A stretch of 64,000 nt of DNA from Rhizodiscina lignyota (lineage: Eukaryota). A program made the position numbers and the translations under genes. The stretch is from positions 1 to 64,000 of the forward strand of contig ML978141.1 of NCBI GenBank assembly GCA_010015805.1, given 5' to 3'. Under the pieces are notes generated by a model. That model saw only the letters and a list, made by a program, of their open reading frames with translations, did not search any database and had not been told where the DNA came from. Shown here one piece after another: positions 23,136 through 35,249 of the stretch (positions within the stretch are counted from its first letter, which is position 1; every line of letters begins with the position of its first letter).

Positions 23136-24872
23136 ATGGCTTCCAAGCTCTTTTCTCCGGTCGGTCCCGGTGGCTTCATTCTCCTGCGGACTGGTGTGCC
23201 CGAACGCTTCACCGCCAGTACAAGGACACGAGCACCATTTCGTGATATCTTCCGATCATTCCAAACATTGCCACCTCGTCAGCCAAAAAGACCACTAGGG
23301 TGGCGAAAATTACTCAACTCCCCAGTGTACGGCCCATTCAGGAAACTTCATACCGCCATCGGCATAACCAAGTTCCCGAAGAGCATCTTGCTCCTTGGCG
23401 GACTACCGTTCATTCCACTTCTAGGTACAGCTTGGACTGAAGAGGATGAGACGACGACCGAAATTCCTGGAGAAGGACCTCCAAAGCTACCAAAGTTTCG
23501 ATTCTCCGACGTGCAGCAACATGGCTCGAAACACGAAAACCCTTGGATTATCAGAGGGACAAAAGTCTACGATATCACAGACTGGGTTGCTGCACATCCT
23601 GGTGGAGAGATCATTCTTCGGGCTGCAGGTGGAAGCGTTGAGCCATACTGGAAAATTTTCAAAATCCACGAGAAACAATTCGTCTACGATATTCTGGAGC
23701 AATACCTGATCGGCACTGTTGACGAACGTGATCTGGTCGACGGAAAGGTACCCCTTGAGAATATTGAAGACCCATTCGCCACCGACCCCATTCGCGACGC
23801 CCGGTTGAGGACACTCACCGACAAGCCATGCAATGCTGAAACACCTGGCGAAGTACTCAAGGATTACATCACCCCAAATGAAGTATTCTATGTCCGCAAC
23901 CATATGTGGGTACCCATTGTCGATGATACATATCGCCTTACCATTGAGCTTGCGGATGGATCCGAAGCATCATACTCTCTGCAGGACCTCAAGGATAAGT
24001 TCAAGAAGTACACCATCACGTCTGTCATGCAATGTTCAGGGAACCGTCGTAAGCAAATGAACGACAGCGTGCGGCCCACGAACGGCCTTCAGTGGACTGT
24101 GGGTGGCATTGGAAACGCTACATGGGCCGGTGTACGATTACGTGACGTTCTCGCCGATGCAGGCTTCTCAGTCGACGACCCACCGGAAGATTCTCAACAC
24201 GCTCAATTCATGGGCCTTGAAGCTTACGGTGGCTCTATTCCTATTGGTAAGGCCGTAGATGCTCATGGCGACGTTCTACTCGCATACGAGATGAACGGCG
24301 AGACTCTCCCTCCCGACCACGGTCATCCGATCCGCGTTGTTGTGCCCGGCCATGTTGCAGCACGGAGTGTCAAGTGGCTCAGCAAGATCACAATTTCAGA
24401 CGACGAGTCGATGTCCCAGTGGCAACGGAAAGACTACAAATGCTTCGGCCCAAACGAAGCGGGGAAGGAAAACTGGGCCAAAGCGCGATCGATCCAAGAG
24501 ATGCCAATCACGTCTGCCTTTACCTCCGTCTCGAAAATTAGCGACGAGCTCGTCGCGCACGGCTTCGCATACTCTGGAGGAGGGCGAGAGATTGTCCGGG
24601 TCGACGTTAGTGAAGACAATGGCAAAACGTGGAAGCAAGCGGAGTTGGTCGATGGAGATCGAAAAGGGCATAAAGCGTGGGCATGGAAGCGTTGGAAATA
24701 TCAGATCTCTCCAGAAGGCGCTGCGAATGGTGCTGAGCTCGTAGTGAAGGCCACCGACGAGGCGTACAATACACAGCCGGAACGGTACGACGCCATATAC
24801 AATGTCAGAGGCAATCTTGCTACAGCATGGCACAGAGTCCAGTTGAAGGAAGGGCGCGTTGATGGACTTTGA
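23136..24872 (+). CDS. Sulfite oxidase (presequence + cytochrome b5 + Moco + dimerisation domains), intronless
   Basis: Arg-rich presequence and hydrophobic stop-transfer stretch. b5 motif VYDITDWVAAHPGG. FYVRNH, Moco cysteine in QCSGNRR, DHGHPIRVVVPG, SVKWL, AYNTQPE. Confidence 0.95.
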   Translation: MASKLFSPVGPGGFILLRTGVPERFTASTRTRAPFRDIFRSFQTLPPRQPKRPLGWRKLLNSPVYGPFRKLHTAIGITKFPKSILLLGGLPFIPLLGTAWTEEDETTTEIPGEGPPKLPKFRFSDVQQHGSKHENPWIIRGTKVYDITDWVAAHPGGEIILRAAGGSVEPYWKIFKIHEKQFVYDILEQYLIGTVDERDLVDGKVPLENIEDPFATDPIRDARLRTLTDKPCNAETPGEVLKDYITPNEVFYVRNHMWVPIVDDTYRLTIELADGSEASYSLQDLKDKFKKYTITSVMQCSGNRRKQMNDSVRPTNGLQWTVGGIGNATWAGVRLRDVLADAGFSVDDPPEDSQHAQFMGLEAYGGSIPIGKAVDAHGDVLLAYEMNGETLPPDHGHPIRVVVPGHVAARSVKWLSKITISDDESMSQWQRKDYKCFGPNEAGKENWAKARSIQEMPITSAFTSVSKISDELVAHGFAYSGGGREIVRVDVSEDNGKTWKQAELVDGDRKGHKAWAWKRWKYQISPEGAANGAELVVKATDEAYNTQPERYDAIYNVRGNLATAWHRVQLKEGRVDGL

Positions 24873-25471
24873 GGGCGGATTCTTAATGTATCATTTCGTT
24901 TTGTTCGTGGCGTTCAGCGACGTTCTTTTGCGTTTAGCACCGGCTCGTAGAGGTTCCCACCTCTGCTTGAGCCCGATGGCGTTTTAGATTTGAAAGCGTC
25001 TGTAATTACCTATTGAGCAATCAATTATATTCATTACAACCGTTTTTTGGTTTCGACAACGGCCGTTGCTGCCCCATTACATCACTCGACTCCAAACGCT
25101 AAGGACGTATCCGCGGATCATGGCATTCCGCATCCATTCCGCCGCAAGTTACCCCGGCTCCTCCACCCCGCGCCCTGCTACTGCACTCCACACTCCAAGT
25201 TCTCTTGGGGACCCAATCTAGATTTCAGCGATACTAATTAGGGCCAGCCATCCAGTAAGGAATGGCGGCAAACACCGGAAAATGTTTACAGCTGCGAATC
25301 GGCGCAGAGAGGAGGGGCAAGGCGTCATTCGGTTGATCCGATGTCTACGAGGAGAAGTACAGATTTCATATTGAAGTACCTCAGCTGTTAGCGAATTCTT
25401 TTATCAGCTCGTCAATTATTGTCTCTTTTGTACTGAACTTTCGTATTTGTCTACTCTTACACTCCTCGACC

Positions 25472-26967
25472 ATGGCGAACTCTCAGGTCGTCCATTCCGA
25501 GGGCATCTTTCATGGCCTCCCCACATATCCCGATGCTTCTGGCTACACCAATCTCACTGCAGTCGTCACTGGAGCAAATGGAATCACTGGATATGCTATG
25601 GTGAAGGTGCTAGCCGCTGCCCCGAAGAGATGGGCAAAGATATACTGTCTCTCACGAAGGCCACCACCAGATTATTTCTTTTCAAGCCTTGGGGATGGAG
25701 CGAAGCGCGTGGAGCACGTGGCTGTTGATTTTCTGAGTGACCCCAATGATATTGCGAAAGTTCTGAAGGGGAAGGTTGATAAGGTGTAAGTCATCACAGT
25801 TGCAACTGAAAGGTTCGAGTCGGGGTTGCAAGACTAATGTTTCGTAGGGACCATGTATTCTTCTTCTCATATCTCCAACCGAAGCAGGAGGGAAAGCCAC
25901 TGTCGATGTGGTCTAACGCAGACGAGCTGGCAGAAGTGAATTGTGAGCAGCTGATCTAACCACACATGTCAAATTTCTACAGTAACATACTGACAATTAA
26001 AGCCCGCCTGCTGAATAATTTCTTAACCGCCTTGCGGAAGTCCAGTTTGCAGCCAAAACGATTCATGTTACAGACTGGAGCAAAGAACTACGCCTTTCAC
26101 ATAGGACCGGCAACGAATCCGTCATTCGAAAGCGATCCCCGTGTAAATATTGAGACCAACTTCTACTATCCTCAAGAGGACTCGCTCTTCGAATACTGTC
26201 GCGACCAAAATGTGGGCTGGAACGTTGTCCGTCCCTCGTACATTATTGGCGCCGCACAAGACTCAGCCTTGAACCACCTTGTTGGCTTCTCTATTTACGC
26301 TGCAGTCCAGGCGCACTTGAAGAAGCCGATGAATTTCCCCGGCGACTACACGGCATGGGATCGAGAGCACTGTCAGAGTTCCGCAATGCTAAACAGCTAC
26401 ATGGAAGAATGGACGGTCCTGAACCCCGATGCGGCGAATCAGGCCTTCAATATGACTGATTGCCAGCCGTTTACGTACGGTCGGTTGTGGCCGTATTTGG
26501 CCAATTGGTATGGTACGTCTTGGAATCCGCCAGAGCCAGACGATTCGAAATATAAGTCAAGTGTGAGCAGATATGAGGTTACACCACGAGGGTAAGACGG
26601 CCTGCAAGCTGTATTGTCCAACTTGCTAATGCAGCTACACAGTTATGGACCGCGCGGCGTGACGCGATTTACCTTCAACTTTCTCGATTGGTCCGAGGAT
26701 CCCGAGGTTGTCAAGGCTTGGGGCGAGTTGAAACAGAAGCATGGCCTTTCCCTCGATCCGTTCGCCTCTCGAGATGTGATCTTTGGACAGGTGAACTCGT
26801 GCGTTATCGGAGGTTGGCCATTGTCTATGAGCATGCACAAAGCTCGAAAGTTGGGCTGGCATGGTTTTGCCAATTCGTACGAGTCGGCGTTCCACTCCTT
26901 GCAAGAGATGGCAGGGATGAAGGTGATTGTTCCGATGGTAAAGTCTGAGTGGACAGAGGCCCTGTAG
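25472..26967 (+). CDS. PRISE-like (progesterone 5beta-reductase/iridoid synthase-like) NAD(P)-dependent SDR, 4 exons
   Basis: VVTGANGITG, LSRRPP, LQTGAKNY, NFYYPQED, WNVVRP, KARKLGW. Introns at ~25785-25848, ~25943-26001 and ~26592-26642. Confidence 0.88.
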
Positions 26968-27621
26968 CTATATAATTTTGACGTATCGAATTCGATTGGA
27001 TTGTTGTTTGCTGCATTCAAGCACACGAGATACCGAACAACAGTAGCTACGACGAAGGCGCAGAGATGAAGCTAAAATAAGAGAGCTAGACGACACGATG
27101 GCCGTCTTGTCAAACTAGGGAATAAATTATCGCAGAGTCCGAAGAGAGAGAATGTGCCCCTACTGATCTTCCGACATGTCCCCGATCTGGAGCATGAGCA
27201 AACAAACACCAACAACCTCAAGCAATACCGATGAGCATTGCTAATGTGAAATGGTTAGTCTGAATAACACTCCTCGGAGCCGCATGCTGTTCCCAAGCGC
27301 GTGTTTGATGGTCCCTGGAGTCCGCTCTTACAGTCTGCGCCGACTTGGAGAAATTTGCCTATTTCGCCTTTCGGCCTTCCTTTAGTAGAATCATACTAAA
27401 GTGGAGGTCGGTATTGAGAGACCATTTCACTATTGAAGACGAGTTTGTTATTGCTGATTGATCACCCGTTTAGGTTCTCGTAGACTCCGCTTGAGCGGCT
27501 TGCGCTTTCCATATCTGAGTCTTGAACAGTCTATTTAGCGATAAGCTAATTCAAACAACGCTGGTATGTAAAATCACAAAATTACATAACTGGGCGCTGC
27601 GTTCTATTGTTGGACACACAA

Positions 27622-29424
27622 TCACAGCCTCGACCTGATTTTGCTCCACAGCCCATGTCGTTGTAGGTTCGCTTCTCCGTCATATATATCTCGCTCCACA
27701 GCACGGACGTTGATCTGTGAGCCGGTCAGTATGTCATTTTGCTGGGGAGGAGAGAGGCTGTCACGTACATGATGCATGCCCAAGTCTTCGACCTTCTCAG
27801 CACCTAGCAGTCGCATGCAAGTCTCGGTCTCAGCTTTCAATACTGTATCAATGTCAGTCAGTATTCCATTATAAGGCCGGGAGCTCTCGACAAACGTACT
27901 CTCAAACACGCGCTCCACACCCTCAATACCTCCCGCTCCAAGAGCAAATAGCGGCGGTCTTCCGATTCCAACACCCTTCGCGCCCAAGCACAGCGCCTTG
28001 ACGACATCCGTGCCACGCTTGATACCGCCGTCTACCCAGACCTCGATCCGGTCAAAGACCTCCGGGCAGTATTTACGGATTTCCAGAAGCGTGTGCACGG
28101 CCGGTGGAGCAGTGTCGAGTGCTCTGCCACCGTGATTTGAAAGAATGATGGCTTTGACCTGCGGCGCGTACTGACTCGCTATGTAGGCATCCTCATGAGT
28201 CTGTACGCCCTTCAATACAATAGGGAGTTTCGTGTGTTTCGCAAGCCAAGGAAGTGTCGTTTGCCACGTCAAGTCCGGCGCTGTTCCCGCGAAAAGCGCG
28301 ACTCCTACTCCACCTGATCCTGGTGCATCCGGCGCAGACGAGCCCGACGTCGCTGCTCCTGTATTCGGTGCTGTGGATGTGCTTGCCGTAGATCCAGATT
28401 CGCTCTGCACCGCAGCCTTGACCGGCAAGTTGCTCCCAATATTCTTCGAACGCTCATCGTGCTCTCGCTTCCCCGGCACCGGCGCATCGAGCGTCAGAGC
28501 GATGAACTTGATTTGGGCTAGCTTGTTGATTCTCGCAATCATCTTCTCGCTCTTCGCACGGTTCGTCTGCACGTATAGCTGCCAGCCGAAGATCTGTCCG
28601 GGTGCGGAGTCCTTAACAATGTCCTCAGGTGTCTGACTCGCGTTGTTGCTGATGACCTGCAGAGCGCCGTATTTGGCTGCAGCCTTTGCGATGCCGTTCT
28701 CACCCGCAGGGTGAGCAAGTCTTGCCATAGCTGCTGGAGAAACGTAGATTGGGAGGTTGACTTTGTGTCCAAGGAATGTCGTCGATGTATCGCAGTTTGT
28801 GCAGTCGACGAATATTCGTGGCCGGAGGAGAATTTGTCGATACACAGTGTTGTTCAGTTGCTTCGACATCAGGTCGTCTCCTGCAGAATAGTAGTATGCC
28901 CATGCTTTCTTCCTCAACCGCGGAGTTGCCGCAGCTTCTATGTCTTCTATGTTCAACAGGCTCGAGAGGTCCACCGGCTCGTTCCTCGCAGCTTTGGCGG
29001 CCGAGTCCGAAAACACGTCCGACTCAATCGCTTCCTCCAGCCGCTTTTGTGACCTCGGTGTAAGCTGGAGACCCTCGGCTTCGCCCGTCTCGACTTCGGT
29101 CTTTTCAACTTGTGGAAGTGTCTTGGGGTCTATTGTGCCGAGCTTCGCGGACGGTTTGAGATTCGACTCGAGGGTGCCTGGAGGATGGACGGGATCGTAC
29201 TCTTCTGTGGCATCTTGGCCTGCGAGCTGGAGAATGATTTTCGATCCGCCAGGATGGGACGAGAGGAAATCGGTTACGTCGTAGACGGCGCCGTAGAGGA
29301 TGACCCAGCAGCTGTCTGGCGAGTTGTGCTTGGAAACTATACATCCGTTAGTTCGATTGGGTCTCTAAATCAAGAAACTGATGCCAGAATACATGCCTTC
29401 ATCGTACGAAAACACCTTCGACAT
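27622..29424 (-). CDS. Flavocytochrome b2 (cytochrome b5 + FMN alpha-hydroxyacid dehydrogenase), no mitochondrial presequence, PTS1 SRL
   Basis: [14 protein letters not shown] heme domain. [37 protein letters not shown]. Introns 29337-29396 (GC-AG), 27843-27899 and 27715-27768. Ends KIRSRL*. Confidence 0.93.
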
Positions 29425-29899
29425 GTTTGAGATAGGTCGCGAGACCAGAAGCTATATACAATAGAAATACTATATGGCAATCTATGAGGTAGGATGGAGC
29501 GAGCCACTGTTATACCTGCCCTCTACGAATAGCTGCCAATTGAAGATGCACAGGAAGAAGAGCAAGGACTCGAGCCATGGCGGATATGCAGATCAATCGA
29601 TAGGCGGATTCGGCACCGTCGTCGAGTGAGGATGCTGGTTTCTTGGGCGGCCGTCTCCCGATTGAGGGCTGCTTGTTTCCGCCGGGTTTCCGCCCGCGGC
29701 CGCCGCATCTCGTCACCAAATATAATGGCCCAGTGGAGTTTTGTCCGAGAGTTGGCATATCTCGCGCAATATTAACGTAAGTCATAATGGCGACATTCTG
29801 ATTGGTGGAAAATATCGGCTACAGCTCTCATTGGTAGTCCCTACGCATTTAATAGTTAAGCAAAGATTAATTGTCTCAGTATCTTCCAAATCTATAACT

Positions 29900-31299
29900 C
29901 TATATCCTTCTTCTCTTTCTGACGAAGAGCACGACGAGAGTAGCGGCCACAGCAGTCCTTGTGAATAAAGTGACCGTAATGCTATGTCGAATATAGTCGT
30001 AGTAACCTTCAAGAAGGGAGCCAACAGCATCGCTCCTTGAGCCGCGCATCTGTTGAAAAGCCCTCCCTGTTCCCAGTCCAAGGCCTTCGATACCAGCTTC
30101 ACCATAGGATGGGGCATCTGCATCTGGAAGCTGAGGGTTGGCAAAGCTTTCATTGCGGATTGGCACTGCTTGAGCTCCTTCCTCAAGTGTGATTGGACTC
30201 CCCATATCTGCAATTCCCTGCAGAAGAAACTTCTCTTTCCTTGCTCTAAAGCGATACGACAGTGCCCAGAGAATGAATTGCAGATCATATGCTGTGAATG
30301 TGGGGTATATCCACAAACGAATTGCATTATGAGGAGGCAGGAGGTCGAGGAAGTCGGCCATGACGCCCAAAGTAAGGCCCCATAGGTGCAGCGGGACATC
30401 CAAGCTTGGAGCAGGCAGCGGATCGTTACTCAGCCATCTTCTCAACTTGTAGAAGATAGGTGCGCGCTTGGGGTCTTCGGGTATGAAACCAGCTTGCGAA
30501 GTACTGTATATACTTTCCGATGGGATGAGACGAACAGCCGCAAAGACCATCTCGCCGAGTAGAAGGTGATTATGCCATCTCCTCAGATCTTTCTTATACC
30601 GATTTGCTACGTCTACTAATTCGACAGTTCGTTGAGAGGGTGAAAGAAGAGCGCGCAGAGAGACCCAGTGCGCTGAAGCCACTTCGGATGGCTGGAGACG
30701 GAGTGGAGCAATGTCATGTTTTGCAACGACGAAGACGTAAGGGCAGAGGACCATCAATCTATGATCTGATTAGCAAGGCAGTCCCGTTTCTTTGATACCT
30801 AACAGACTTACGGTGTCTTTCCCCACGAAGTCGTCACCACTCTCTGCGCAAGATTGCCCGCAGCAATTGCGTTCTCCTCAGACAGATCAATCCCGACTTC
30901 CTCACAGCTCTCCCTTATGGCCGCCGCCTTATCATCCTCATCCTCCGGATCGCGTCGGCCTCCCGGAAACGCGACATGGCTACTCCACTTGTCTTCTTTT
31001 CTTGATGATCTCTTGATAAACAGGACCTCCGGGTCGCCGTGCTTCACCCAGTCCTGCGCGAAGAATCTTTCCAGACGCTCGCGAACAGACTCATTCTGGA
31101 TGTTCACATAGCTCTGCTCTGACTCTTTAGGCGGCCAATACGCGTAGTCGGGAGATATCCGGATTATCAAGGCTACCGAGGCACGTTTTGGAGCTGCTGG
31201 TGGATTGGAGACATATGGGTAAGGATGCTCGCAGAGGTCGATAAGGACGGAGCGAAGATGCTCGATCAAGTTCGGAGGCAAGTCGCTCCTCGAGGACAT
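29900..31299 (-). CDS. Nudix hydrolase (CoA-pyrophosphatase-like) with C-terminal membrane anchor
   Basis: RASVALI, HVAFPGGRRDPEDEDDKAAAIRESCEEVG Nudix box, LWGLTLG. Intron at ~30759-30811. Confidence 0.88.
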
Positions 31300-31572
31300 G
31301 TTGATGGCTGAAGGTACATAAATGAAAGGAAGCGCGACACAGAAATTTAAAGTAAGGTTAGCCCCCGTGCTGCGAGATGCATGCGATCTCAACGGCACGC
31401 TACCGAGCGCCGAAAAGAGCCGCATCAGGGGTGCACATTGTACCAAACTTTAGGACGCTGGTACCGAAGACTTGGGCACTTCAGGCACGCGTCATCCGCA
31501 TCGACTTTAAAACATGCTCTAGGAGTTAGACAACTTCTATCACGATGTCATACCACATACACGTCCTGCCAT

Positions 31573-33398
31573 TCACCCGATTTCCCAAATGACCGAGCAG
31601 CTTTGTCCACTGTGACATACTCCATTCATACAGCGCAATAGCGACCACGACAATCTCACGACTTTGATGCTAGGCGATAAAGTGTCATGCCCCGGACTAC
31701 GGAGTCCTCCAGTCACACCGACCCGGGTAAAAGTAGAACTTTTCATATCGAACGACTCTGCATCCGCATCACTCATCGTGCCGGTAGCACGGCCAAGATA
31801 CACAAGATAGTGTTTGAGGAGTCGCATTAGCTCGTATTTCTGTTTCTCAAATTGTTGATTAGATCGAGAAATTTCCATACTAGGCGTGCAGTTAACAGAA
31901 AGATCCGATGTAGCTATTGCGAAACCAGAGAGGAGAATTGAAAGCGCCAGTATCTGCTCGTACTCGAGCTTTGCCAGACTCGTAGGACTAAGCAAAGAAT
32001 CGAGTCTCTGAAGGATTGAAATCCCGGAACGAAAGAGTTGTATCGGGAGCTGCATTGGCGAATCCGATTCTGGGCCATTTCTGTGAAACGAACAAGTAAG
32101 AACTAAAAGCCTGACCGAATCCACAAGGTTGTTGTCAATGTATAGGTAAAGAATTTTCCTAAGTGTCGTCGATGCCATGAATCCAGTCATGCTACGTTTC
32201 GAAACTGATAGTCCTCGGAGCCGTTCGTAGACGAAATCTGCTGCAGATTTCACGTCCGAAATACGAGAAAAATGGTCCATGATATCAAAACTCGACTCCG
32301 TAGCTGTAGAAAGAGATACTTGATGGTAGTACGGCATAAAATCGCTTGTTTCTGGTAGTCAATGTCAGCTACAGCTGTTCCCGCAAAGATACAGTTGAGG
32401 AAAGACCTGATTGAAAGATACTGCATCGAGCAATATAAGGCCGGACGCAATCCATCCAGAGGAGACATTTGGATGCATGCCTTGAAATTGCTCCACTCAG
32501 CTCCAGACATGGAATACAAGGATTGCCGCTGGAACACTATGTTCAATGAGTATACAACCCGGGTGGAATAAAGCTCATTAGAACTGCTTACCGGTTGCTT
32601 CAGGAATCGACACCTCAAGCAGGCACCAATGCGCCGGACCTGTGCGATCTCTCTACGCCTCTCAGCAGACACTTCTGCTTTCTTTGGCTGGTGGAGCGGT
32701 TTCAACACGAAGCATTGAAACCCCGGAAGTTGTGCAAATTTCGAACCAGGCCTTGATGTTTTCATAGGCCTGAAGGTCTCAGTCGAATCTTTTGTGCCGC
32801 GTTTTCGCTTTTTGTCTGCTGGAGATGTCACTGTTGTGTCTTCCTGCACACTCGGCTCCCGAGAATGAGCAATTGAGCGCTGTTCGAGGGACGCGATGTT
32901 TCCACTTTCAAGTTCGCGGGACGCTGAATGGATGGGTTCTAGCTGCTGGAGCTCGTTTGGTAAATCTGGATAAGTATTACGGAGAATACTGTTTTCCAGA
33001 CTAGCTGAGTTGTCAGGCATGATCCCAAAAAGGTCGGTCGTCTCAAGAGAGAGGTCATTATCAAAGAAGAACGAATTGAGATCATGATCGCTAGGGCCTC
33101 CGGCGGTGGACGTGTTGTTGTCATAAGGAAAGCCATCATGTTGCAGGAAAGGCCACTGGTCATCAGATAAATGAGCTTGAGGGTAGTTCAGCGTGCCAAT
33201 TGCCGTCAAATCTGTGGCTATGGAATCGTCCGCAGTCGAATTTTCAGCGATCTGGTAGTTAAGACTGTCCAGTTGCAGCCCAGGAGCCTCCAAAGTATCT
33301 TCTGTCAGGAGGTCACATTGCTGCGCCGAACCAGCTTCCTGATACCACTGCTCTTCGAAAAGAAAGTTAGGGATTGAGAAATCACCTATTCCTTCCAT
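31573..33398 (-). CDS. Putative Zn-cluster-like transcriptional regulator (internal ACLRCRFLKQPC...C motif)
   Basis: Acidic N-terminal region, KKRKR basic patch, and RRIGACLRCRFLKQP followed by an intron. Downstream exons in ORF 31573-32337. The 3' end is uncertain. Confidence 0.55.
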
Positions 33399-34089
33399 AA
33401 GTGAGAAGTGGTACAGAGACTTCGAGATATGAAGAGGGATAGAGAGAGGAAGATCATGATTCAGAATACTGGATCGGAGGGAGCATAAATACTCCTCTCG
33501 AGCCTTACGACGAGGCTGTCCTTCACTGGCCGGACTTCCCAAAACGGAAAAGCGGCCATCAGCGCTTTTTGGCCGCTCCTCCAGAATTGTGTCTCGCAGT
33601 TGCCTTCACCATCATGCGAAACGCCTGGCTAAGCGACAATTCGTACGTGTCAACCCCCAAGCGGTCCGTTGAGTGAGAAGATTGTTGATTAAAGCTACGA
33701 GGCTGGGCCAGGTTCAGCCACATATCGTACCCCTTACGCCTCAGCACTTCATACTTATGGGAACAACTCTATCGGACCGATGCATAGGTCCTAAGGGCCG
33801 CATCTCGACATATACCATCCAAAAGAGGAGAAAGGAGACTGCCTCCTACATATCTTAATATGTTATGGAATCTCCCCGTGCTGCCCCGCTCCTCCGCCAA
33901 TGATGACCTACTGAAAATGGCAGATTACAAATGTGGAGTTATGGCAAGAATGTCGAAATCCCGACATCGCAATGACGTATAAAGTTTCTTACCTCCTTGA
34001 CCTTTAAAGTTCGAGTTTACTGATCTTGCATCTACCTACTGTACTCCCTTAATTTCAATTTACCCTGGGACCAGAAACGACAATAGAGA

Positions 34090-35249
34090 ATGGCGCATAT
34101 CTACATCGACGAGACCCCCGCCGAGGTCAAGAATGCTAAGGTGAGGAGTACCCGAAATGGCGTCTTCGAGGCGCTATGCCATATCTCGTAATCAGCTTCA
34201 CGTAAAATGGGTTTTGCTGGACGACGCGGTTAAACGTAACTGGAGAGGCTGCCTTCTGAATTCTGATTGTTTGAGCAATCCCATGCGAGATGTAGCTTAA
34301 GGAATGTTACTAGCATGCTCTCATGTTGTGATGGAATCCGTTTCGAGTCACCCTTTAGAGCACAGCATAGCTGCAAGATGCTGACATCGCCAATCAGGGC
34401 CTCCACCTCATCACGCAAAGCACTCCAAACGGCCAGGCCGTCCAGATCTACCTCGAGGAGCTGAAGGACGTCTACGGCACCGAGTGGACCACCACGCTCA
34501 TCAATATTAGCACAAACGAGCAGAAGAAGGAATGGTTCCTGCGTCTTGATCCCAATGGTACCTTCCCCCATCTTCTTCTTTTGCATATGATGGAGCGATC
34601 TCACACGACACAGGCCGCATCCCCGTGTTAGTCGACAACTCGCAATCCCCACCCTTCCCTACGATGGAGACGTCCGCCGAGATGTTCTACCTGCTCAAGT
34701 TCTACGACAAGAACGACGAGTTCGGCTTCAAGGACGAGCTCGAGCGCATCGACTGCCTGCAGTGGACGTTCTTTTGGCACGGGTCGGGCGCGCCGTATCA
34801 GGGACAGGTGAATCACTTCACCAGGGCGGCGAAGGAGAAGATTCCTTGTAAGTTTTATTCCCATCACATGACTGATTGATGATGTGTAGATGCTGACATG
34901 AGAATTAGACGCAATCGAGCGCTACCGCAACGAAACGCTGCGCGTGTACGGCGTGCTGGAGATCCAGCTCTCGGGCAAATACACCGACGAGCCGAAGGAG
35001 TACCTTGCGGGCAAGGGCAAGGGGAAGTACTCGGTTGCGGACATGAAGGTATGAATCGTGCCCAGTCTCAGACCTCCCTCGAATTTCACTGACTATTCAC
35101 AGACATGGCCGTGGGTCAAGAACTGGGAGCGCAGCGGCTTCACGCAGGAAGAGATGAAAGAGTTCCCGCACCTACTCAAGTGGATTGACCGCATTGCCGC
35201 GCGCCCGGCCGTCCAGAGGGGCTGTGGGTCGGCGTATCAGCAGTCATAA
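34090..35249 (+). CDS. Glutathione S-transferase, Ure2p/Nu-class (YfcG-like), multi-exon
   Basis: STPNGQAV, EQKKEWFLRLDPN|GRIP, YRNETLRVYGVLE, YSVADM, WIDRIAARPAVQRG. First intron 34141-34397. Confidence 0.92.

Noticed and set aside
7961..29424. Secondary-metabolite biosynthetic cluster
   Set aside because: No PKS, NRPS, terpene cyclase, DMATS or repetitive RiPP precursor in the window, and the adjacent transporter is an importer type.
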